A DNA stretch of 64,000 nucleotides from Prevotella sp. (GTDB lineage Bacteria > Bacteroidota > Bacteroidia > Bacteroidales > Bacteroidaceae). This document shows, piece by piece, positions 56,225 to 64,000 of the stretch. The stretch spans positions 10,910 to 74,909 of the forward strand of contig JAGCRH010000132.1 in NCBI GenBank assembly GCA_017964785.1, written 5' to 3'. The position numbers were made by a program, and so were the translations under genes. Each line of letters starts with the position of its first letter. The first letter of the stretch is position 1. The notes below the pieces were generated by a model. That model had not been told where the DNA came from. It saw nothing but the letters and a program-made list of their open reading frames with translations, and did not search any database.

Positions 56225-58114
56225 ATGAATAAAGACACTATTATCGGATTTGTATTAATTGCAGTGGTGCTCATTGGTTTCAGTTGGTACAATCAGCCCT
56301 CGCAGGAGGAGATTGAAGCCTACCAGCACCAGCAGGACAGCATCGCAGCCGTACAGCGTGACAAGGAGTCCAAGCAGAAAATGGCCGAGGCTGCCCGTAA
56401 GGCAGAAGCCGAAGCAGCCGCACAGGGTGATACTACCGCCCTGTTCTATGCAGCCCTCAACGGCACCAACGAGGATATCGTGCTGAAAAACCAGAAGGTG
56501 GAACTCACTTTCTCGACCAAGGGCGGCACCATCAGCAAGGCCGTTATCAAGGGTTTCGCCGATAAGGACGGTAATCAGGACGTGACCCTCTTCGACGCCA
56601 AAGACCAACAGATGAATTTCCTGTTGGCCGGCAAACAGGATAATATCATTACCCAGGATCTGTTCTTCACCCCGTCGAACGTCAGTGATTCTACCGTCAC
56701 GATGACAGCCCAGACGGCTGATGGCGGCAGTATCGTACTGGACTACCTACTCGGTCCTGACCACCTGTTGCACTTCTCGTTGACAGCCAACGGACTGAGT
56801 GGCATCTTCGCCCCGACCTATAAGGAGATGGATATCGAGTGGAGTGACCACAGTCGTCAGCAGGAGAAGGGCTACTATTTCGAGAATCGCTATACGGGTC
56901 TGTTCTATAAGGAGGCCCACGACGGTTCTACCGACAACTTGTCTGAGACGAGCGACAAGACCGAGACCATCGAAGAGACCCTCGACTGGGTAGCCTTCCG
57001 CAACCAGTTTTTCAGTGTGGCGCTTATCTCAAAGGACAATTTCTCCGGTGGAGCCAAACTCAGCAGTGTGCAGGATGACAAGGAGTCGGGCTATCTGAAA
57101 CAGTTTGATGCCAAACTCAAGACCGCCTTCGATCCCACTGGTCAGAAGCCTTCGGAGTTTGAAATGTATATCGGTCCCAACGACTTCCGTCTCATCCAGG
57201 ATGTGGAGAAGCAGAGTCTGTTTGGCAAGGATCTCGACTTAGAGCAACTCGTCAACCTTGGCTGGTGGCTCTTCCGCCTCATCAACCGCTGGTTCACACT
57301 CTATGTGTTCGACTGGCTGGCCTCATGGGGCTTCTCGATGGGTATCGTGCTGATCCTGATCACGCTCTTGCTAAAGGCCATTACCTTCCCGATGGTAAAG
57401 AAGAGTTATATGTCATCGGCCAAGATGCGCGTACTGAAACCGAAACTCGACGAAGCCACCAAGCAGTACGACAAGCCCGAAGACTCGATGAAGAAACAAC
57501 AGGCCATGATGCAAATGTACTCGCAGTACGGGGTCTCACCGCTCAGTGGCTGTCTGCCTATGCTCATCCAAATGCCGATCTGGATTGCCATGTTCTGGTT
57601 CGTGCCTAACGCCATTCAGTTGCGTGGACAGTCGTTCCTCTGGATGGAAGACCTGGCCACCTACGATCCCATCGTGTCATGGAGTTCACATATCTGGGGC
57701 ATCGGCGACCACCTGTCACTTTCCTGTCTGTTGTTCTGCGGTTCCAACATTCTCTATTCATGGTTTACCATGCGTCAGCAAAAGGACCAGATGGTGGGTG
57801 CACAGGCCGAGCAGATGAAGTATATGCAATACATGATGTACCTCATGCCGCTTATGTTCTTCTTTATGTTCAACGACTATTCCAGCGGTCTGAACTTCTA
57901 CTACTTCATCTCTCTGTTCTTCTCCTCCATCATCATGTGGGCGCTCCGTAAGACCACCAACGATGAAAAACTGTTGGCCATCCTCGAAGCCCGCTATAAA
58001 GAGAACAAGAACAATCCGACAAAGAAGACCAGCGGTTTGGCAGCCCGTCTGGCGGCCATGCAGAAACAGGCTGAGGAGTTACAGAAGCAAAGAATGAACC
58101 AGCAAAAGAAATAA
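56225..58114 (+). CDS. yidC: Membrane protein insertase YidC
   Basis: N-terminal TM, periplasmic domain, Y.GP, GI..ILIT, SSAKMR.LKP, P.SGCLPMLIQMP and SGL..YY; -7 box TACCTTTG at 56167-56174. Confidence 0.96.
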   Translation: MNKDTIIGFVLIAVVLIGFSWYNQPSQEEIEAYQHQQDSIAAVQRDKESKQKMAEAARKAEAEAAAQGDTTALFYAALNGTNEDIVLKNQKVELTFSTKGGTISKAVIKGFADKDGNQDVTLFDAKDQQMNFLLAGKQDNIITQDLFFTPSNVSDSTVTMTAQTADGGSIVLDYLLGPDHLLHFSLTANGLSGIFAPTYKEMDIEWSDHSRQQEKGYYFENRYTGLFYKEAHDGSTDNLSETSDKTETIEETLDWVAFRNQFFSVALISKDNFSGGAKLSSVQDDKESGYLKQFDAKLKTAFDPTGQKPSEFEMYIGPNDFRLIQDVEKQSLFGKDLDLEQLVNLGWWLFRLINRWFTLYVFDWLASWGFSMGIVLILITLLLKAITFPMVKKSYMSSAKMRVLKPKLDEATKQYDKPEDSMKKQQAMMQMYSQYGVSPLSGCLPMLIQMPIWIAMFWFVPNAIQLRGQSFLWMEDLATYDPIVSWSSHIWGIGDHLSLSCLLFCGSNILYSWFTMRQQKDQMVGAQAEQMKYMQYMMYLMPLMFFFMFNDYSSGLNFYYFISLFFSSIIMWALRKTTNDEKLLAILEARYKENKNNPTKKTSGLAARLAAMQKQAEELQKQRMNQQKK

Positions 58115-58140
58115 CGACAAACCTTCATATCATATCATCA

Positions 58141-60309
58141 ATGAAAAAAGTGACAACAATCGTCGTCGCCGTATTATTACTTACGGCTTGCGGCACACAG
58201 AACGAAAGTGACAAGGTGAACATTCAAAAGCAGACAATCCAACTGGACAATGACCAGATGACACCCGAGGCGCTCTGGGCTATGAGTCGCATCGGCGGCT
58301 ATCAGGCTTCGCCCGACGGACAGCACATCGTCTACCAGACAGGCTATTATAGCGTGGAGGAAAACAAGAGTCATCAGGTGCTCTGGATGATGAACGCCGA
58401 TGGTACGGAACAGAAGCAACTGACCGAGGATGCTGACAACGAGACTGATGCACAGTGGCTCGACAACGAGACTATTGCTTTCCTGAGAGGTGGTGAGATC
58501 TGGAAAATGAAACTCGACGGTGGGCAACGCAAACAGATATCACAGACCGAGGGCAAGGTAGAAGGCTTTCAGTTCTCACCGGATGGCTCAAAGGTGATTG
58601 TGCTGAAAAGCATCGACTTCAACGAGATCATCCAGAAGAACCCCGACGACCTGCCCAAGGCAACAGGACGACTGGTGACTGATTTGATGTACCGCCATTG
58701 GGACCACTATGTGGAGAGCATCCAGCACCCCTTCGTGTATGAAGTCTCCGGAGATGCCGGCATCTCTGGCGATGGCATTGACCTCCTCGAAGGCGAGCCC
58801 TACGAGTGTCCGATGGAGCCCTTCGGTGGTATGGAACAACTGGCTTGGAGTCCCGACGGACAGAGCATCGCCTACACCTGTCGTAAGAAGACCGGTCTGG
58901 CCTACTCCATCTCGACCGATGCCGACATCTATATATATAATATAGGTACGCGCGAGACCAAGAACCTCTGCAAACCTGCTGACTATGCCGAACCGGAAAT
59001 CGAGCCGACGAAGACGATGAAGTATCAGAAGGTAAATGCCAAGGAGAATCTCGCCAATAACGTGGGCTATGATCAGAACCCGAAATTCTCGCCTGATGGT
59101 AAACAGATAGCCTGGCTCTCGATGGAGCGTAATGGCTATGAGGCTGATCGTCAGCGACTGTGCGTCTGCGACCTGACAACAGGTGAGAAGACATACGTAA
59201 CGGAATCGTTCGACTCGAATGTAGATGACTTCTGTTGGGCACCCGATGGAAAGACGCTGTACTTCATTGGTGTATGGCACGCCACGGAGAATCTATACCG
59301 CACCAACCTCAAGGGCGAGGTGAAGCCCGTCTGCATTGAATGGGCCGACTTCGGTTCCTTGCAGATGTTGAACGACAAGTCCTTGTTGGCCGAGCAACAT
59401 AGTTTCCTGGCACCCGCCGACCTCTATGTGGTGACGCCCGGCGATAGTATCAAGGATACGAAGGCCATGCAGATTACCCAAGTGAACAAGGATATCCTCG
59501 ACCAATTAGGCAAGCCTTCCGTTGACCAGCGTTGGGTGAAGACCAGCGATGGTCAGCAGATGCTCTACTGGATCATCCAGCCACCACATTTCGACCCCAA
59601 CAAGAAGTACCCCACCCTGCTCTTCTGCGAGGGCGGTCCACAGAGTCCGGTGTCACAGTTCTGGAGTTACCGATGGAATTTCTTCATCATGGCCTCACAG
59701 GGCTATGTCATCATCGCCCCCAACCGTCGTGGTCTGCCTGGATTTGGACAGGCGTGGCTTGAAGAAATCTCTGGCGACTGGACGGGACAGTGCATGAAGG
59801 ACTATCTCGCCGCCATCGACGATGCTGCGCAGAATCTGCCCTACGTTGACAAGGATAAACTGGGTGCCGTGGGTGCCTCGTTCGGTGGTTTCAGTGTGTA
59901 CTATCTCGCAGGTCATCACGACAAGCGCTTCAAGTGCTTCATCGCCCACGACGGTGCCTTCAACCTCGAAGCCATGTACACCGAGACTGAGGAGAACTGG
60001 TTCTCCAACTGGGAGTACGACGACGCTTACTGGAACAAGAACCGCACCGCCAATGCCGACAAGACCTACAAGAACTCACCGCATCTGTTTGTGGACAAAT
60101 GGGACACCCCCATCCTCTGCATCCACGGTGAGAAGGACTACCGCATCAATGCCACCCAGGGCATGTCGGCCTTCAATGCCGCCCGTATGAAGGGCATCGA
60201 GGCAGAACTCCTCATCTTCCCTGACGAGAACCACTGGGTACTGAAGCCCCAGAACGGTATCCTCTGGCAGCGCACCTTCTTCAACTGGCTCGACAAATGG
60301 CTGAAATAA
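58141..60309 (+). CDS. S9 family peptidase (prolyl oligopeptidase/dipeptidyl peptidase-like lipoprotein)
   Basis: Lipobox LTAC, beta-propeller SPDG repeats, EGGPQ, GASFGG (catalytic Ser), D.RI and ENHW. Confidence 0.93.
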   Translation: MKKVTTIVVAVLLLTACGTQNESDKVNIQKQTIQLDNDQMTPEALWAMSRIGGYQASPDGQHIVYQTGYYSVEENKSHQVLWMMNADGTEQKQLTEDADNETDAQWLDNETIAFLRGGEIWKMKLDGGQRKQISQTEGKVEGFQFSPDGSKVIVLKSIDFNEIIQKNPDDLPKATGRLVTDLMYRHWDHYVESIQHPFVYEVSGDAGISGDGIDLLEGEPYECPMEPFGGMEQLAWSPDGQSIAYTCRKKTGLAYSISTDADIYIYNIGTRETKNLCKPADYAEPEIEPTKTMKYQKVNAKENLANNVGYDQNPKFSPDGKQIAWLSMERNGYEADRQRLCVCDLTTGEKTYVTESFDSNVDDFCWAPDGKTLYFIGVWHATENLYRTNLKGEVKPVCIEWADFGSLQMLNDKSLLAEQHSFLAPADLYVVTPGDSIKDTKAMQITQVNKDILDQLGKPSVDQRWVKTSDGQQMLYWIIQPPHFDPNKKYPTLLFCEGGPQSPVSQFWSYRWNFFIMASQGYVIIAPNRRGLPGFGQAWLEEISGDWTGQCMKDYLAAIDDAAQNLPYVDKDKLGAVGASFGGFSVYYLAGHHDKRFKCFIAHDGAFNLEAMYTETEENWFSNWEYDDAYWNKNRTANADKTYKNSPHLFVDKWDTPILCIHGEKDYRINATQGMSAFNAARMKGIEAELLIFPDENHWVLKPQNGILWQRTFFNWLDKWLK

Positions 60310-60348
60310 ATAAAGAATGGCACCTCAATCGGGGTGCCATTCTTTATT
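60309..60348. terminator. Bidirectional intrinsic terminator
   Basis: Inverted repeat aataaagaatggcacc...ggtgccattctttatt between convergent genes. Confidence 0.88.
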
Positions 60349-60364
60349 GTTAATCAGATTTCTC

Positions 60365-61171
60365 TTACTTAATCAGGGCAGCACGGGCAGCCTCAATCTT
60401 ATCCTTAGCCTGGGCCAACTGAACCTTCATCTCATCAACAGTCATAGCGTTGAGGACATCCAGGGGAGCCAGGGCCTCAGCCACGGGCTTGATCTCAGGA
60501 TCATACTCAGAAAGACGGTTCAGGGCGTCGAGGATGAGCACGATACGGAACGTCACGTTTGAAGCAGACTCGTCATCGAAAACACTGAGGAACTTATCTG
60601 AATTCTGGTTGGCGACATAAAGTTGCTCAATAAGTGAAGCAGCAGCCAACTGCCAGAAATAGTTAATGCGGCCATTCTCGTTCATGGCATCATACAGAGC
60701 CTGAGAAGTCTCTGATACACTTGCATTGTCATCAATAGCCTTGAAAGAAGGATCGCTGATGTCAGCAGCCAACTTGCTAATAGCCTTTTCATAATCCTCT
60801 GTCGGCATCTCATAAAGTTTGGCAACTCTCTTGTCAATGTCAAGGGCACTCAGGATACGATACTTCTCTGCCAGTGTCGTTGCATTCTCTGCCACAACAG
60901 GATCCAACAGGAACGCGGGCTTCACCTGCTTCTCTTCCTTGGTCAGTTTCAGAGCGCCGTCAGCACCTGCCTGCAGGAAGGGGAACTGCTTCAGTTTGCC
61001 AACCTCAGAAGCGATACTGTCAAAGTGCATCTTGATGCTGGCCTCAATCTGCTCCTGTTCGAAACTCTTCACAGAATCTGTACCTTCAGTGTTCTGTGCA
61101 CTTTTGTTACCTCCGCATGCAGCGAATAACACGACTGCAAAAGCGATTGCAAATACTGATAATTTTTTCAT
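60365..61171 (-). CDS. Uncharacterised all-helical lipoprotein
   Basis: Lipobox FAAC; helical sequence pattern; strongly biased host codons. Confidence 0.8.
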   Translation of the reverse strand: MKKLSVFAIAFAVVLFAACGGNKSAQNTEGTDSVKSFEQEQIEASIKMHFDSIASEVGKLKQFPFLQAGADGALKLTKEEKQVKPAFLLDPVVAENATTLAEKYRILSALDIDKRVAKLYEMPTEDYEKAISKLAADISDPSFKAIDDNASVSETSQALYDAMNENGRINYFWQLAAASLIEQLYVANQNSDKFLSVFDDESASNVTFRIVLILDALNRLSEYDPEIKPVAEALAPLDVLNAMTVDEMKVQLAQAKDKIEAARAALIK

Positions 61172-64000
61172 TTTGATAATTGATTTTGAAGTTATAATTT
61201 GAAAATAAAATAATTGCTACGAATAGACACATCAGCAACATCACACCCATATTGAACCAGAGTGTCTTGATATGCCATGACCCTAATATCTTCTCACTGC
61301 TATAGAACGGCGCACGCCCTACCCGACTTTGAGGTGTCAGGAATACCTGACCTGCCCGTGGGACAATCGTTCCGTCCACCACATCGAGCATCCGACCCTC
61401 ATCTGCGCCGATCACGAAATCCTCTAACCGGATGTTGTAATTATCATGCTTCAATTCCAGGAAGGCATCCTTACCCATTTCACGAACCATCGCCGACTTC
61501 ATCGCGTCAACCTTCAAGGTGGCCCGATTACCACGCTTCGATAGAAGATCTTCCGCAGCCTTCATATACTGTTGGAGGGAAGTGTAGGAGTCATCCCCCT
61601 GATACGGTTCCATCTGACAGAACGCCGTCAGCACAGGCAGATTTGTATGGATCACACGCAGATGTTCCGGATCGACGGGCTTTCCGCGTTTCTGCTCATC
61701 CTTCATCGTCTCTAACTGTGACTGCAATTCATACAGGAAGCCCATATTATAGAACTGTGTCTCGTATTTCTCTTTGTCGGTCTCAAAGAACGGTGCCTCA
61801 TACAGGTTATCGGTAAAGGATGTCACAGCCAGCGCCTCGTAGGCCCAGCGTGAGGGAATGACATCTCCAATCACCGGCACATTGCCCGTCTTGCTCTTCG
61901 GTGTCAAGTCAGAGAAGTTTACCACCAGTCCGCACAACAGAATCTGTGGAATCAGCAGAAGCGGTATACTGATATAGATGGCCACCACGGAGTTAAGACT
62001 CTTAGACAACAACAGTCCTATCAGGTTTGACAGCAGGGCCGTCACAAAGAGGATGAGCCACCAGACGAAGAACAGACCATGAAGTCCCATGATCCAGTTA
62101 CCGACAACGATGAATAAAAACGTCTGTATCAGGGATAACCCTGCTGTAAATACAATCTTTGACCAGATATAACTGCTATACGACAGATGCAGGAACCGCT
62201 CACGTTTCAACAAGGCCCTGTCCTTGATAATCTCTTCCGCACTGCCACTCATACCGATAAAGGTCGCCACGATGACAGCCATAAAGAAATAACTGACCAG
62301 ATTCTTGTTGTCCATCACCGTATAGCCCTCGGGAGGTGCATAGCGTGTCAGCAGCGCACAGATCAGTGCCAGCAGAGGTGCCTCTAACAAGGCGATACAC
62401 AGATACTGGACATTCGTAATCTTCGTTTTAATGTTACGGTGAAGGAATATCAGGAACTGCTTCAAAGCACCAGGTTTCTTCTGGTCTGACGGTGGCACGG
62501 CACTGACGGCGGGTGCTTCAAACTCAGGTCTGCCATTCAGGTAGAGTTCGTGCCATTCCTGTGGGGTGGTCTTCCTGTCATCCGACACCTCGCCACTGCT
62601 GTTGAGGGCTTTCTCGTCAATGATGTTCAGGACAATCTCCGGATTCACGTTACCACACGTCGGACACGCACTGGTCTCTGCATCAGCATAGTTGGCCTTA
62701 TCCTTAAAATAGGTAATGGCATCTATCGGATTACCGTCGAACACCGGATAGCCGCCCTTATCCAATAGCCACAGACGGTCGAAGAGTTTATAAACATCGC
62801 TCGACGGCTGATGGATATTTACAATTATCAGTTTACCCTTAAGTGTCTGCTCCTTCAACAGGTTGATGACCGTCTCCGTATCAGCAGACGAGAGACCGGA
62901 TGTCGGCTCGTCCAGGAAAAGCACAGCCGGCTCACGGATCAATTCCAGAGCAATATTCAGACGTTTGCGCTGACCGCCTGAGATAAACTTGTTGATGGCG
63001 GAGCCCACCTTCAGATCCTTGGCGGCATCGAGACCCAGCACCTTCAACGTGTTCATCACACGCTTGTCTATCTCTTGGTCGGGCATACCCTCAAAGCAGA
63101 GTTTGGCGGTAAACCACAGGTTCTCATAGACCGTCAGTTCCTCAATCAGTAGGTCGTCCTGAGGCACAAAGCCAATCAGGTCCTTGGTCGCAGGCTCGGA
63201 GATACTGTGCCCGTTGATAGTCAACGTCCCTTCCTGTGGCACCAGACTGCCATTCAGGATCGAGAGCAGCGTGGTCTTACCCGTTCCAGAGCCACCCATA
63301 ATGGCCAGCAGTTCGCCACTCCGCAGGGTGAAACTCAGGTCGTGCATACCGTTGTCGCTGTTCGGGAAACGGAAATTGATATCCCGTCCGCAGAACTCGA
63401 CAGCCTGCTGCCGATGGTCTGACTTTCCACGGGCCTTGTTGTAGGCATCTATGATGGTCGAGTAATAGAGAGGCGTACCCTTCTTGCTCTTCAATACACT
63501 ACTCTGCAGCCACACCTGATAGGCTCCCGGGAGCACTGGCACATCATTAAACAGGATGTTGTCACTGCCCAGATAAGTAAAGAGCAATGTACCGGATCCA
63601 GGCACGAAGAGCGTTCTCAACTGCTCCTCCTGACCGTCCATCGGGTGAAGCATGACATGCTCCGAAGGCTTGTTGTTGACAAAGTCCACGAAATCCTGAT
63701 ACAGTTTCTCCTTGATATGGAAGCACTCCGCCATCGTCTTGAAGATGGCATCCGGGTGTCCTTCCTGATAGCCGCAGAACTCCATCAGACGCAACAGCAG
63801 GAGTGACTTCTCCTTAGCGCGTATCTCTCCTTGCAGACTGGAACAGATGGTCGTGACCGTCTGCCGACTGTCCATATCGTCGGCCAGATCATAGGCCATA
63901 CGCATGTCGTCGTACAAATTGAGATAGACATCTGTATTGCGAACGCCGAAATGACGGCGCAGATAATTGACGAGCATTTCCTTGGCTCGCACCTCATCTA
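61107..64000 (-). CDS. Large ABCG-like (NBD-TMD fused) ABC transporter with an N-terminal extension; 5' end may lie outside the window
   Basis: Walker A GGSGTGKT, FVPQDD, ISGGQRKRLNIALEL, FLDEPTSGL, IHQP; ABC-2 TMD motifs (EEIIKDR..L.RE, PLLLIPQI, SRWAYEAL). Confidence 0.88.
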   Translation of the reverse strand, partial: DEVRAKEMLVNYLRRHFGVRNTDVYLNLYDDMRMAYDLADDMDSRQTVTTICSSLQGEIRAKEKSLLLLRLMEFCGYQEGHPDAIFKTMAECFHIKEKLYQDFVDFVNNKPSEHVMLHPMDGQEEQLRTLFVPGSGTLLFTYLGSDNILFNDVPVLPGAYQVWLQSSVLKSKKGTPLYYSTIIDAYNKARGKSDHRQQAVEFCGRDINFRFPNSDNGMHDLSFTLRSGELLAIMGGSGTGKTTLLSILNGSLVPQEGTLTINGHSISEPATKDLIGFVPQDDLLIEELTVYENLWFTAKLCFEGMPDQEIDKRVMNTLKVLGLDAAKDLKVGSAINKFISGGQRKRLNIALELIREPAVLFLDEPTSGLSSADTETVINLLKEQTLKGKLIIVNIHQPSSDVYKLFDRLWLLDKGGYPVFDGNPIDAITYFKDKANYADAETSACPTCGNVNPEIVLNIIDEKALNSSGEVSDDRKTTPQEWHELYLNGRPEFEAPAVSAVPPSDQKKPGALKQFLIFLHRNIKTKITNVQYLCIALLEAPLLALICALLTRYAPPEGYTVMDNKNLVSYFFMAVIVATFIGMSGSAEEIIKDRALLKRERFLHLSYSSYIWSKIVFTAGLSLIQTFLFIVVGNWIMGLHGLFFVWWLILFVTALLSNLIGLLLSKSLNSVVAIYISIPLLLIPQILLCGLVVNFSDLTPKSKTGNVPVIGDVIPSRWAYEALAVTSFTDNLYEAPFFETDKEKYETQFYNMGFLYELQSQLETMKDEQKRGKPVDPEHLRVIHTNLPVLTAFCQMEPYQGDDSYTSLQQYMKAAEDLLSKRGNRATLKVDAMKSAMVREMGKDAFLELKHDNYNIRLEDFVIGADEGRMLDVVDGTIVPRAGQVFLTPQSRVGRAPFYSSEKILGSWHIKTLWFNMGVMLLMCLFVAIILFSNYNFKINYQNEKIISICNRFCSRVIRCMRR

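Overview
64 kb of a Bacteroidota chromosome, most likely Prevotella/Xylanibacter-like, judged from TAnnTTTG promoter boxes, AT-rich leaders without Shine-Dalgarno sequences, and a Bacteroidales-type xylB-xylA pair. Housekeeping genes flank the window: a TPR protein, DedA, Man-1-P guanylyltransferase and xylAB on the left; aspS, yidC, an S9 peptidase and an ABCG-like transporter on the right. Between them lies a ~46 kb surface/exo-polysaccharide locus (about 5600-51710). Its core is a receiver-only response regulator, a priming sugar transferase, a TolC-like protein, a Wzc-like protein, a Wzy/O-antigen-ligase-like protein, GT2/GT4 enzymes and a Wzx flippase. The core is followed by an unusually large decoration region with genes on both strands and many promoters. 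It holds 8 acyltransferase-3 genes, 2 SGNH proteins, an esterase, an LbH acetyltransferase, a pyruvyltransferase, a TupA-like ATP-grasp enzyme, a cytidylyltransferase-PLP fusion next to an opine dehydrogenase, TarI/epimerase/LicD genes, a radical SAM enzyme and a UbiA-type phosphoribosyltransferase. The most striking non-coding signal is a pair of 43-bp-period arrays, each unit made of two palindromes, that flank the ubiA-like gene in opposite orientations. One array is itself enclosed by TA-bounded imperfect inverted repeats. No rRNA, tRNA, CRISPR array or transposase was recognised. Product calls come from motif recognition by eye, not database searches.
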